64,000 nucleotides of DNA from Candidatus Poribacteria bacterium (GTDB lineage: Bacteria > Poribacteria > WGA-4E > PCPOR2b): positions 4,224,001 to 4,288,000 of the forward strand of contig OZ244587.1 of NCBI GenBank assembly GCA_965218095.1, written 5' to 3'. Shown here piece after piece: positions 22,380 to 32,420 of the stretch (its first letter is position 1; each line of letters begins with the position of its first letter). The notes under the pieces were generated by a model. It did not search any database, was not told the DNA's origin, and saw nothing but the letters and a program-made list of their open reading frames with translations. The translations under genes and the position numbers were made by a program.

Positions 22380-23114
22380 TCAGGACTTGTAATTCTCCCT
22401 CAGGACAGATTCGTCACGCCACGGCGGGATGTGCGCTTCCAGTTCTTCCGTCCCCAGAGCCAGACCGGAACAGTTAGAAGCCAGCACCTCGAAGATCTTG
22501 TTCGCCACGATGCGATGCCCGAGGTCGTTGGCGTGGACGCCATCATGGTGTACCAGCCAGTCCGCGTCCCGATACGACTCCAGCAAATTGACAAACAAGC
22601 AGTCACACGCCTCGGCGATCTGCTCGGTCGCGTCGTTGTAGCGGTAGAACAGATCGAGGTCGGCGTGGCTCCAGGGATCTCCGCCGACAGTGAAGTTGGT
22701 CATGTAGTACGGCCCCAGCACCACAATTAGTGGCTGAATCTGCTCACGCACATGCTGAATGATGTCGCGCAGTTCGTCGCAGAATAGGTCAATGGGCGTG
22801 CCGCCGCGTGCGTCGTTGAGTCCGTACGAAATTACCAAGAGGTCAGGCGCATTCTCTATAACATGCTTGTCGAGGCGCGCACTGGCGGGGGGATTCCCGC
22901 TGGATTCGAGGTAGGCTGGACTTTTGGTGGATATCAAGTTGGCGCCGATGCCCACGTTGACCAACTGTACGGGGACACGCTGAAACTCGTTAATCAGCTG
23001 TGCCAACTGACTTGCCCAACACCGCACGGGGGTACTGGACCATCCGCCGGCGGTCGTGCTCTCTCCAATAGTGACCAGTTTTTGGAATTCTTTATTCCAC
23101 CAATCTTTCTTCAT
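22380..23114 (-). CDS. SGNH/GDSL hydrolase
   Basis: GESTTAG, YGLND, DGVHANDLGH. Confidence 0.85.
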   Translation of the reverse strand: MKKDWWNKEFQKLVTIGESTTAGGWSSTPVRCWASQLAQLINEFQRVPVQLVNVGIGANLISTKSPAYLESSGNPPASARLDKHVIENAPDLLVISYGLNDARGGTPIDLFCDELRDIIQHVREQIQPLIVVLGPYYMTNFTVGGDPWSHADLDLFYRYNDATEQIAEACDCLFVNLLESYRDADWLVHHDGVHANDLGHRIVANKIFEVLASNCSGLALGTEELEAHIPPWRDESVLRENYKS

Positions 23115-23146
23115 CACTTTTACCTCCTGGATAGTTCCCTTGCTTT

Positions 23147-23992
23147 TTAAGTCCATGAAGTATTCCTTGATATATGACGCTCGTGCTGATCACGGCGAGG
23201 TGGAATCTCCGTTCCCTTCAATTCGCGTATCAACTCGATGAGCCCCTCAATTGCTGCCTCCAGGAATTTCTCCCCTTTTCCCTTCGTCGCTTTGGTCGCA
23301 TCGCCCATCACGCCGCTTGCTGTCTGTGAGCTCCAGTAAGGTATCAAACGCGCCACCGAGCCTTGGGGATGGCTGCCGGCGAGGAGGTCGGTCTTGAAGC
23401 TCGGCGGCAGAGGTGTCCTTTCATCAACCGCCTTACTCATATCGACGAGGTCAGGTTTTAATGCGAGATAGAGAGACGTTTCATATTCGCCGGCGTGTGA
23501 TGTCCCGCCATAATCCGATTCTCTGATGGCGGCGCCGACGTCCTTCGCCTTGCGGACATCCCAGTGGTTCACTGAGGCGCAAAGAATCTTCCCCTCATAT
23601 TCGATATTCGATAATCGCGCCGCAAGGTCGAGGGGGGAGGTGTTGCTGCCGTGACCGTTGACGATGAGGATGCGCTTGAAGCCGTGATAGGCAAGACTGC
23701 AACAGACATCTTTAACATATCTGATAAAGGTGTCCCAGGTGATGGTGAGTGTCCCATGAAAATCCATGTGATGGGGACTGTAGCCGTGTGGGACCGGTGG
23801 CGCGAGAACCGCCTCAGATGGAATGCGTGCCACGGCGCGTTCACAGATCTCCGTGCAGAGGACGACATCGGTATCGACGGGGAGGTGTGGCCCGTGGTCT
23901 TCGTATGTAGCAACGGGAAGAACTGCAACGCGGTCTTGTTCGGCAGCCGCTTTGATTTCGTACCAGATCATTTCAGCAAAGCGGTATTTCAT
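23147..23992 (-). CDS. Creatininase family amidohydrolase
   Basis: EDHGPHLPVDTD, NGHGSN, HAGEYETS. Confidence 0.9.
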   Translation of the reverse strand: MKYRFAEMIWYEIKAAAEQDRVAVLPVATYEDHGPHLPVDTDVVLCTEICERAVARIPSEAVLAPPVPHGYSPHHMDFHGTLTITWDTFIRYVKDVCCSLAYHGFKRILIVNGHGSNTSPLDLAARLSNIEYEGKILCASVNHWDVRKAKDVGAAIRESDYGGTSHAGEYETSLYLALKPDLVDMSKAVDERTPLPPSFKTDLLAGSHPQGSVARLIPYWSSQTASGVMGDATKATKGKGEKFLEAAIEGLIELIRELKGTEIPPRRDQHERHISRNTSWT

Positions 23993-24046
23993 AGTTCTCT
24001 CCTTGATTTTATCTTGACTTTAGTCATTAGACTTTAGTCATTAGAG

Positions 24047-24283
24047 CTAATACCCTCGCTCTAAGCAGAGGGGACGCATCACGTTGTTGTAATCATCACC
24101 AAACCGGTAGCCACCCAGCCAAAAGTAGGGAACGGCGCCACGGCGGCACATCTCATCTACGAACTGCGCTGTGAGCACGTACATGATAATGTTGTTGAGG
24201 ATGCCGGTGGCGGGGCAGACTTTCTCGGCACAACCGGGGATGGGGATAACGCCCGCAGGCTCATCGCAACGGTCGTCGAAGTA
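24047..24283 (-). pseudogene. C-terminal fragment of a gene (SIS-domain-like) truncated by IS5
   Basis: FDDRCDEPAGV..CPATGILNN..QFVDEM..ERGY; homology ends at the IS boundary. Confidence 0.55.
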
Positions 24284-25064
24284 GGACGTGTTGACATTTA
24301 TGGCATAATAACGATATGTCAACACTTAACCTTATCCGATAATCAATGGTCAAAAATAGCAGCATTCCTGCAAACCTGTTCCGATGTCTACACCGGACAG
24401 CAAGCGAACTTAAAACGTTTTGTCCAAGCAGTGCTTTGGATAACTCGTAGTGGTAGTCAATGGCGACTCCTACCAAAAGAGTACGGCAGTTGGAACAGCG
24501 TCTATAAACGATTCGCTCGCTGGTGCGATAAAGGCATCTTCCAACGGCTGCATCAACACTTTGTCAACGACCTAGATATGGTGTACCATCTGCCGCGCTC
24601 ACCCCTGTGCTGCAGGGGCTTTGAAAACAAGTGGCGGTCAAGCCTCACAGGCACTCGGACGTAATGCGGGTGGATTTTCAACCAAAATTCACATCACGGT
24701 TGATGGCTTAGGCAATCCATTACGTTTTGCGCTGACGGCTGGACAACGCCACGCCATGACTTGTGCGGAAGGGTATAGCAGTGAGTATGTGATAGCCGAC
24801 TCAGCGTATGACGCGGATTCATTGGTGCAGTTGATAACCCGTATGGGTGCAGAGCCAGTGATTTGTCCCCGTATCAACCGCCGTGAGTCACGAGACTATG
24901 ATACGCATCTGTACCGAGAGAGACATTGGGTGGAATGCTTCATCAACAAAATCAAGCACTATAGGCGTATCTTCAGTCGTTTTGATAAGTTGGCGGGTCG
25001 CTATTTGGGGTTTCTGAGTTTCGTTGCTGCGATTATCTGGTTACGATGAAATGTCAACAGAACC
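24284..25064 (+). mobile_element. IS5-family element (degenerate transposase)
   Basis: TIRs GGACGTGTTGACATTT / AAATGTCAACAGAACC flanked by TA(G); LWITRSGSQWRLLP, GFSTKIH, ADSAYD, YRERHWVECF. Confidence 0.88.
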
Positions 25065-25083
25065 TAGCAACTTGGGTTATTTT

Positions 25084-25700
25084 ATGAGAATGTTGATGTT
25101 TTTCGTGTTTATTTTTATTTGTCCAGCTCTGCTGTTTGCGCATCAAGAGATACACCATTTGAGCGATGAAGAAATTGAAGCAAGCCTACTGAGGAAGTTT
25201 TCAAACATCACTCGAAGTAATTGGGTGCTTGAGATTAAAACCCCGGAATCTGTCGTCACATTCAAGGACGCACGTGACCTTGAAGAAGGCTATAGGAGGT
25301 TCTTCCTCATCGGTTCCATTCGTGTTAAGGGTGATAGAAGAGATTATCTGATTCATCTCCATGGGTATGAAGGTCACAGTTACGTGCTTGTTAATAGTTT
25401 GACGGGTGAACAAATCCATGTATTTGGGATACCTAATTCTATCGCCCGATTTAGACCGCTATGTTGTCACCTCACTAGACATTGGTGCTGGTTATATACC
25501 GAACATGATACAGATTCTGAAAGCCAGTAATTATCAATTAGAATGGGAATATCGATTTAAGGGTGAACGAGGTCCATCTGATGCTATTTGACTAGATGAG
25601 AATCGAGTGATATTTTCTGAGAATAAAAGAGGATGGACTCCTACAGGGCGAGACTACTATAAGAATCAGCCTTATATCATTGAATAACAAATGGCAAATG
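25084..25700 (+). pseudogene. Secreted hypothetical protein, frameshifted
   Basis: Signal peptide MRMLMFF..LFA; continues in a second frame (SPDLDRYVVTSLD) with an in-frame stop. Confidence 0.5.
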
Positions 25701-25930
25701 GTAGTCTCCGAGGCTCCTAAAGTGAATCTGTGAGGCTGACGTATGAAAGAAAACACCAGCAACCCGCATGGTACAAGGGTAAGTGATGAAAATTTATCTG
25801 TGATTGACAAATGAATGGCACTGACTTAAGGATTTTGTGGTAAAGAATTCAACTGCGGTGTGACTTTCATGACGAGTCGTTCGTTGAGGTTTATCATGCA
25901 GGTGGGGTATGTCAAGCTAAGAACACCGTA

Positions 25931-27010
25931 CTAGGGTCTATATCTTGGCTGCCGAGGAGCACGGTCCCGCCGGAGCCGAATCGTGCTGTCTGTTAGCGGC
26001 AACTCCACCCGGGCCCCGCCACGTAGGTGTGACGCAATAGTCGCAAAGATGAGTTCCGTGCCGGCATGTGCGACCCGTACCCCACCGCGTGGGGGCTCGC
26101 CGGTGTCAAGCGAGTGGACCAGGTCCTCGACAAGCCGCAGGTTTGGACTAGCGGGTGCGTAGTCGGGAAACTGTCCATCTACCATCGTGGGCCGCCCTTG
26201 ATAATCTGGTACGCCTTCTTCTCGCATTCGATACACACCACTGGGCCACGCAGTCAAAGCGCCTTTCTCACAGTTGACCTCCCACTCAATTTCGCGGCCA
26301 GGCGTCACGGCGTATGCTGTCACACCATTCTCAAACTGTATGATGCCACATCCGACGGGGTCTTCAGTCAACCGATCACCCTCGATTGTCCAGTTCCCCT
26401 CTGTCAGGTGAGCCTGGACCCAGACCACGCGGCGGTCACTATTGAGGAACAACAGGTTGTCGTAGTAATGGCTTGCCCCATTAAACAGCGTGCTGCCGTG
26501 GAAGATGATGGTCTTCGGGGCGCCGAGTCGGCCGCTATCAATCACCTCCTTCATCTTCGTAAATCCCGGGTGCCAACGACGCTGAGTGCCCAGATTGAAG
26601 AAAACGCCGTTTCGTTCGCAGGCTTCAACAATTGCGTCAGCTTCCGCCATTGATACCGCCATCGCCTTCTCCGCATAGATTGCCTTTGCCCCGTGCTCGG
26701 CAGCGTAGATGACTATCTCCGCACGGTGCTCTGGCTGCGTGGCGACACTGACAATCTCGGGCTGTTCCCTGTCAATCAGCTCTTTATAGTTGATATACTG
26801 CTGTTCCTTCGGTATGTTAAACTGCCTGCCAACCTCCTCCATGACCTCCGGTCGGAGATCTGAGCACGCAATCAGGTCTGTTCGGTCGCACGCGGAATAT
26901 ACCGCCGTGTGCGAGTAAGGAGGCACATGTCCGGGTGCGTCGACCACTTCATTGTCGATGAACGCCCCCATGCGGCTGCATCCGATAACCGCTGCTTGAT
27001 ACGTTTTCAA
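25931..27010 (-). CDS. Gfo/Idh/MocA oxidoreductase
   Basis: VIGCSRMG and AEKAM motifs. Confidence 0.85.
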   Translation of the reverse strand: MKTYQAAVIGCSRMGAFIDNEVVDAPGHVPPYSHTAVYSACDRTDLIACSDLRPEVMEEVGRQFNIPKEQQYINYKELIDREQPEIVSVATQPEHRAEIVIYAAEHGAKAIYAEKAMAVSMAEADAIVEACERNGVFFNLGTQRRWHPGFTKMKEVIDSGRLGAPKTIIFHGSTLFNGASHYYDNLLFLNSDRRVVWVQAHLTEGNWTIEGDRLTEDPVGCGIIQFENGVTAYAVTPGREIEWEVNCEKGALTAWPSGVYRMREEGVPDYQGRPTMVDGQFPDYAPASPNLRLVEDLVHSLDTGEPPRGGVRVAHAGTELIFATIASHLRGGARVELPLTDSTIRLRRDRAPRQPRYRP

Positions 27011-27143
27011 TTTGAATCCCTCCTTGTTTCAACGCCCCAACGCCGGTCGAGTAGAAGTTTTTGGCTACTCAACCAACGCCGCGACTCAACCGATGTTCGT
27101 TAAGCGCTTGCCATGAGATGGAAATTTGCAATCAAGCACTGAG

Positions 27144-28037
27144 TTAGGGCGCGGATAGAAACACGAGCAGTTCAGCGGTCGTTTCTTCTGGCAGTTCTTC
27201 CGGCAAGAAATGACCGCAATCGAGGACCCTTCCACGCACATTGAGGGCCCGTTCCCGCCAGACAGTGAGCATATCCAGGCTTGCGCCGGTCTGCCAGCCC
27301 GGACGCTTCGCCATGTTGCCGCCCCAGAGCACCAGCATCGGGCAGGTGAGCTTGCGGCCCCGATCCACTTCGTCGTGCATCAGGTCGAGCTCGATTGCCC
27401 GGTAGTCCAGGCAGGTCGCGCGAATCGTCTCCGGATTACTGAAACAACGGAGATATTCGGCATATGCTTCCTCGGTGATCGAGCCGTCGATAGAGGTCCA
27501 ACGCTCTAGCAGGAAGTCCAGATAAACCTTGGCACTGTTACCGATCATGGTTTCCGGCAGCGGCAACGGCTGGCGCATCAGATGCCAGTGAAACCAGGCA
27601 AAGGAAAGCTGACTATCCATATGATCGAAAGCAGCCTGCGAGGGCACAACGTCAAGCGATGTAAAGGTTCTGACCCGCCCCGGATGGTCGAGCGCCATGC
27701 GATGGCCGACGCGGGCGCCGCGGTCGTGGCCAACGACGTGGAACGAGTCGAAGCCGAGTTGGACCATGACCTCGACCTGGTCCTGCGCGGTCATGCGTTT
27801 GCAATAGACGTTCAGATCGCCATTCGGGGCGGGTGGCTTTTCGCTGTCACCGTAGCCACGGAGGTCAGGAGCGACAACCGTGTAATGCTCGGCGAGCCCA
27901 AGTGCGACCTTGTGCCATTCAACGTGGGTTTGGGGATACCCGTGCAGCAACAACAGGGGCGGCCCACTGCCACCGTACACGAGGTTGATGGAAACACCAT
28001 TGGCCTTGATTTGGGTTTTCGTGAAATCGTCAAACAT
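27144..28037 (-). CDS. Alpha/beta hydrolase, haloacetate dehalogenase-like
   Basis: LLHGYPQTH, PDLRGYGDS, GHDRGARV, CGHFLPEE. Confidence 0.9.
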   Translation of the reverse strand: MFDDFTKTQIKANGVSINLVYGGSGPPLLLLHGYPQTHVEWHKVALGLAEHYTVVAPDLRGYGDSEKPPAPNGDLNVYCKRMTAQDQVEVMVQLGFDSFHVVGHDRGARVGHRMALDHPGRVRTFTSLDVVPSQAAFDHMDSQLSFAWFHWHLMRQPLPLPETMIGNSAKVYLDFLLERWTSIDGSITEEAYAEYLRCFSNPETIRATCLDYRAIELDLMHDEVDRGRKLTCPMLVLWGGNMAKRPGWQTGASLDMLTVWRERALNVRGRVLDCGHFLPEELPEETTAELLVFLSAP

Positions 28038-28285
28038 GGATCACGTCCTCTTTAGTTGTGGAAAATGGGAGCCAGGGAGCGAGGAAGCGGGGAAATCAAC
28101 CCTCACACACTCGTCTCCTCACATACTCGCCCCCTCTGTTGTTTGACAAGCCCTCGATGAAGTATCGGAATTCAGATCAACATATCCCAAGAGTCACTGG
28201 CTGTCGGCTCTCAAACCACTTTGGTCAGTCAACCAGCCCCAGCACTATTGCGCATACGGACAGCTTGCCCTTTCGGTGATATGCT

Positions 28286-29725
28286 TCAATTGTCCATGAC
28301 AGTTCCGCGTTTGAGCCGAAGCCCATCAACGGCTTTTTCGACCCGTTGGACTTCGCGTAGATCGGGTGTCATTCTTTGCTGTGCCAGTTCTTCGTCGCTC
28401 AGCCCTTTGAAGGACCAATTATCATCGTTGGCAATTCTCCAGGCCAGGCGAGCGCAAAGAAATGCCGCTTCCTTAACGTTAAGCAGGTTGATTTTATCCG
28501 CCGTATCATGGGCTGTGTGATAAAATCCTCGCCAGGCAGGGATATATGGATCTCTGATAAATCCGCATGCGACGCCTCTTGCCATAAAAGGGTAGTGATC
28601 AGAAGAAAGGTGGTCGGGTTCACGCAACGGAGAGGCGTCAAAGTCTACCATGAGGTTCTCATTCATCTGTACCCCCATCGCGCGGAAATAAGCCCTTGAA
28701 TCTGACCCGTAAACCATCAACCCTTTCCGCCCCCGGCCCCCGGCTGCATCCAAATTGAACATAAATCGCGTGTTTTCAATATCTTCTGGGTGGTCGTTGA
28801 CATACGCATGGGCGCCAATCAGTCCGAGCTCCTCAACGCCAAATAAGATGAAGCGGATGGTGCGCTTGAGTCGGTCGGAATAGAGGCGCATGATGCGTGC
28901 GATTTCAAGCCCTGCGACCAATCCCGAAACCGGATCCTCCGCGCCTTGAGAAATATCGTGACCATCATAGTGGACGCCAATGACAACCATCTCTTCACTC
29001 ACCGCACTGCCTTTCACATCTCCGATGATGTTCCACGAGGTTTTCCTGGCGAGGGTGTCAGTGGTCTCGATTTCAGCTTCGACAAAACCGTTCCTTCGTA
29101 TAGTTCGCTGAAGGAGTGTGCCCGTTTCCTTAGAAATCATGATTCCGGGTATCAGCCCCCACTGATTGAACCCTAACGCCCCGGTCACCGGCCCGTAGCC
29201 ATCCTCATTTGCCATAAAGATGAACGCTTGAGCCTCTGCAAGGATTGATCGGTTGTATTTTTCCGTGCGATGAATCCAGCGATTTGCTGAAGTGGGGTTC
29301 GCAATGCTGACGAGCACAATATTCTCTTTCAGTTCATCTTGCAATGTTTCAAAGGTTTCGGGCGAACCTGTCCCGAGATCGATGATTCTCCCGCGGACCC
29401 GGCCCGGTGGTGACATGGGCATAGACAAACACGGAAGTTCTCTCTGCCAGGGGGACGTGACGGTCAATCTGGCGGCGCCGCGTGTCCAACCATTGTACTC
29501 GAATTCCTCGCTGTGGACCTCCGCAAGCTGGTATTCCTGCAACGTGGTTTGCAGAAATTGTGCGGCTTCCGCTTCTGCTGAGGTGCCTGCGAACCGACTT
29601 CCCAGGTCATCGCAGAGGATTTCGAGATTCATCTGAATATCAGTTGAGGTGAATACTTCTCCTGCGAGTAGTTTGTCAAACGCTCTTGCCTCCGCTTCAC
29701 TCACTGCGGATTGTCCATGGGGCAT
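28286..29725 (-). CDS. M28 family aminopeptidase
   Basis: GSRFAGT, HYDGHD, GAED, EELGLIG, NLD, SDHYPF, YHT..D. Confidence 0.88.
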   Translation of the reverse strand: MPHGQSAVSEAEARAFDKLLAGEVFTSTDIQMNLEILCDDLGSRFAGTSAEAEAAQFLQTTLQEYQLAEVHSEEFEYNGWTRGAARLTVTSPWQRELPCLSMPMSPPGRVRGRIIDLGTGSPETFETLQDELKENIVLVSIANPTSANRWIHRTEKYNRSILAEAQAFIFMANEDGYGPVTGALGFNQWGLIPGIMISKETGTLLQRTIRRNGFVEAEIETTDTLARKTSWNIIGDVKGSAVSEEMVVIGVHYDGHDISQGAEDPVSGLVAGLEIARIMRLYSDRLKRTIRFILFGVEELGLIGAHAYVNDHPEDIENTRFMFNLDAAGGRGRKGLMVYGSDSRAYFRAMGVQMNENLMVDFDASPLREPDHLSSDHYPFMARGVACGFIRDPYIPAWRGFYHTAHDTADKINLLNVKEAAFLCARLAWRIANDDNWSFKGLSDEELAQQRMTPDLREVQRVEKAVDGLRLKRGTVMDN

Positions 29726-29925
29726 TAAACAGATCTCCTTTGGCAATAGACGTTCATGGCTCCTGCGAAAGGCGCTCAAAGATACGCCAGTTGGCGATGG
29801 TCAGTTGCACCGCCATCTCCCAATCGTCAGTCGCTGCTGCATCCCGTGGGCGCATGTAACATCCAATTCGGAGCGAGCAAGCTGCACGCTCTACTTGTCG
29901 GATTAAAAGTAGCAGACTACTAAGA

Positions 29926-30750
29926 TTATTCGGTAAAACTCCGATACTCACGTACAAGCTTCGATGCTGCCTTGCTGATCAACGCCAGTTCATCAAGCGT
30001 CTCGAAGAACTGCGCCCCGCGGGCGACCCATCCCCGCGCAGCATCCGCGTCGGATGCGGTCGTGCCGAAGGGCACACTGTGCTTTCTGCAAATTTCGAGA
30101 ATGTCCTGCATCGGGCTGGCCACTTCGGGATGGTCATAGTCGCCAGGGTGGCCCATCTCGACCGAGAAATCGCCGGGACCGATGTAGACCATGTCCACCC
30201 CCGGTGTGCTGATGATTTCTTCGGCGTTCTCGTAAGCGCGTCTGGTTTCGATGTGGACAACCAGTGTCGTTTCTTCATCCTGCTCGGCCATCCATGTCTT
30301 CCAATCCCCCGGCTGAAGGTAGCTGCTGTTGCCATATCCGGGCGCGATGGCCCGCGTACCGGCTGGTGGAAACTTGAGGTAACCGCGAAGCGTTTCGACC
30401 TCCGCCCGCGTCTCAGTGCGGGGAAGCTGAATCCCAACAACCCCGCATTCCAGCAGCTTCGCCACTTCGGCACGTTCCAATTGCGGTGTCTTGGCGATCA
30501 CGGGAAGATTGTTGTCACGGGCGCACAGGACGGTATCCGCGAATATGGTCATCTCGAAGAAGCCGTGTTCGTATTCGATGTACATAAAATCGAAACCCGC
30601 CTGCACGTACAGTTTCACCAGCGATGGCCGGAGGTGCTCGGCGACCATCCCGCCGACGAGGACATCGCCGTTTCTCAAGCGACGCTTTAAGAGACGACCT
30701 GGTCCTTCCGCTGAGTCAGATTTGCTTATCGGATTGTTTAATTTTGCCAT
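29926..30750 (-). CDS. HpcH/HpaI aldolase family protein
   Basis: GFDFMYIEYEHG, HIET, YIGPGDFS. Confidence 0.88.
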   Translation of the reverse strand: MAKLNNPISKSDSAEGPGRLLKRRLRNGDVLVGGMVAEHLRPSLVKLYVQAGFDFMYIEYEHGFFEMTIFADTVLCARDNNLPVIAKTPQLERAEVAKLLECGVVGIQLPRTETRAEVETLRGYLKFPPAGTRAIAPGYGNSSYLQPGDWKTWMAEQDEETTLVVHIETRRAYENAEEIISTPGVDMVYIGPGDFSVEMGHPGDYDHPEVASPMQDILEICRKHSVPFGTTASDADAARGWVARGAQFFETLDELALISKAASKLVREYRSFTE

Positions 30751-30805
30751 GGTTGCGTTCTCCTTTGTAGGTGCACCGTATGGAAGAATAAATAGAGTTT
30801 ATACT

Positions 30806-31054
30806 TCACCGTCTTTGCTCTCTAAGGACTATTGCCTCTGGAATGACTGATTGCCAGTCGGGCTCGACAAGATTTCCGTCGATCTTGATGTTCTGAGAAA
30901 TCCGGTAGACTGAAGTGCGAGGTTGCATCGGTTCCGGTTCTGCGCCCACAATGAGAGGACATAACAACACGCAAATCCACAGCAGGAGAAAGCGCTTTCC
31001 ACTTCGCCAAGGCAAATGCTGTGGAACGAAAATTGATATCCAAAAATGAGACAT
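30806..31054 (-). pseudogene. N-terminal stub of a secreted CBM9/DUF5916-like protein
   Basis: Signal peptide, then IKIDGNLVEPDW, then truncation. Confidence 0.5.
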
Positions 31055-31199
31055 AAAAAATTCTCCTAAATTTCGTTTGATTGGTGTCCGTATGATGTTT
31101 GAAAGCTTCAAAGCGGATTCGTTCGTAGAAAATTCGATTGTACCGCATATATTACAACTCTTACCCTATATTAGACAAACGCATTTATAAATAATTGGC

Positions 31200-31228
31200 T
31201 TGCAGATTCTTTGAATATGTGATATTAT
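31200..31228 (+). promoter_or_regulatory. Inward promoter in the left TIR driving the cargo
   Basis: TTGCAG-17 bp-TATTAT with TG extension. Confidence 0.55.
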
Positions 31229-31312
31229 TGGGGTGTTACAAGCCTGTGATTCTGAAGTTTATTAAATCGTTGGCTTGTTTTACCTTTCCTCGCCAAAGTA
31301 AAGGACACCCCA

Positions 31313-31753
31313 ATGAGTGATTTTCTTAGTGTAGTAGCGGATATACTCATTATCATTGCTGCTGGAAAGTTCATTTGGAAACACATTCCCAGTAGTGACG
31401 ATTTGTATAGTATCAGAAAGTCCTTCATAGACTTCAGAGATGAAGCAAAACAACTGAAAGAAGAAGTCGTCAATTTAAGAAGGGTAGAGCTTACCAACAT
31501 CGCAGAGAATCTGAAAACTAGAGATGCAACTGCGAAGAAAACCGTACCTGTTGAAGATATTGACAAGAAACTTGATTCTTTTCAACAGTCAGTAACGAGA
31601 ATGGACAGGTACATGACAACTACCCTTGCAACTCATGTAGCAGTCATCAAGTCAATAGATAGTATAGAGGGGCGTTATGCCCAAATGGAGGAACGATTTG
31701 GGCAAACCGAAACAACCCTCCGAAATGTTGCTAGAAGATTGCACATGAGATAG
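31313..31753 (+). CDS. IS passenger: N-terminal TM helix plus coiled coil, function unknown
   Basis: SD AAGGA; hydrophobic N-terminus; helical remainder. Confidence 0.65.
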   Translation: MSDFLSVVADILIIIAAGKFIWKHIPSSDDLYSIRKSFIDFRDEAKQLKEEVVNLRRVELTNIAENLKTRDATAKKTVPVEDIDKKLDSFQQSVTRMDRYMTTTLATHVAVIKSIDSIEGRYAQMEERFGQTETTLRNVARRLHMR

Positions 31754-31818
31754 ACATAAAACAGGCGAGGGGGTGTTATAGCACCCCCACCGCCACAACA
31801 TGGCAAAGGAGACCCCCC

Positions 31819-31998
31819 ATGCCACGCATCAAATACATCAAGTCTTACAGGCGTAAAGACGGCACGCTTGTAAGTCCACATATACGGACAACTGCTGATA
31901 ACACCCTCTGCATCACGACTTATTCCAATGAAAGGAGGGATTATCGTGTTTATAAAAATACGCAAAACCTTTACGTTTATCGTACTCAAAATCGCTAA
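31819..31998 (+). CDS. IS passenger: 59-aa basic protein with a YRRKDGTLV.PH.RT motif
   Basis: SD AAGGAG; MPRIKYIKSYRRKDGTLVSPHIRTTADN...; below the ORF-track cutoff. Confidence 0.55.
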   Translation: MPRIKYIKSYRRKDGTLVSPHIRTTADNTLCITTYSNERRDYRVYKNTQNLYVYRTQNR

Positions 31999-32056
31999 AC
32001 GTAAGGGTAATCAAACGCCGTATAGCAGTCCTTATACGGCTACGCCTAAGCAATAA
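31946..32056 (+). CDS. IS passenger: possible 36-aa basic/hydrophobic peptide
   Basis: Strong SD GAAAGGAGG plus GTG; MFIKIRKTFTFIVLKIAKRKGNQTPYSSPYTATPKQ. Confidence 0.35.
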   Translation: MFIKIRKTFTFIVLKIAKRKGNQTPYSSPYTATPKQ

Positions 32057-32187
32057 CTCTTAGGCAATATCAGGGGGTGCTACACAAAGCACTCCCTGAT
32101 ATTTTGTTGCTAGAGTGTCCGGCTCCCACCGGACACTCCCTTATGGGAAAACCTCTGAAAATATGACTCAGAAAGGAGGCAGATGTT

Positions 32188-32382
32188 ATGTCATCACAAA
32201 GGAAGGTGGATATTCAACGTGTTAAAGAACATCTACAAAAACATGCTGATAAAACCCACCGAATTGAAGAGAGGTTATTTACCTCTACTGCAACCGTAGA
32301 AGATTTAAGAGTTGCAATTCAGTTACTTAAAAATGACTACACACTAATTACAACCATTTTCAAAAGGTTGGAAATAGTGTAA
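32188..32382 (+). CDS. IS passenger: 64-aa helical protein
   Basis: SD GAAAGGAGG; flanked by a 14-bp inverted repeat. Confidence 0.6.
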   Translation: MSSQRKVDIQRVKEHLQKHADKTHRIEERLFTSTATVEDLRVAIQLLKNDYTLITTIFKRLEIV

Positions 32383-32420
32383 TCTAATCCTTCTATGGAG
32401 TCTCCAGAGGTTTTCCCACC

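Noticed and set aside
27030-27150. Possible integron attC site (GCCCTAAC ... GTTGGGGC)
   Set aside because: L-box spacing does not fit, it is a single instance, and there is no integrase.
28060-28140. Purine/pyrimidine-biased 8-mer runs (also 46460-46503, 48440-48505, 58730-58760)
   Set aside because: Too degenerate to define a unit or function; treated as low-complexity intergenic sequence.
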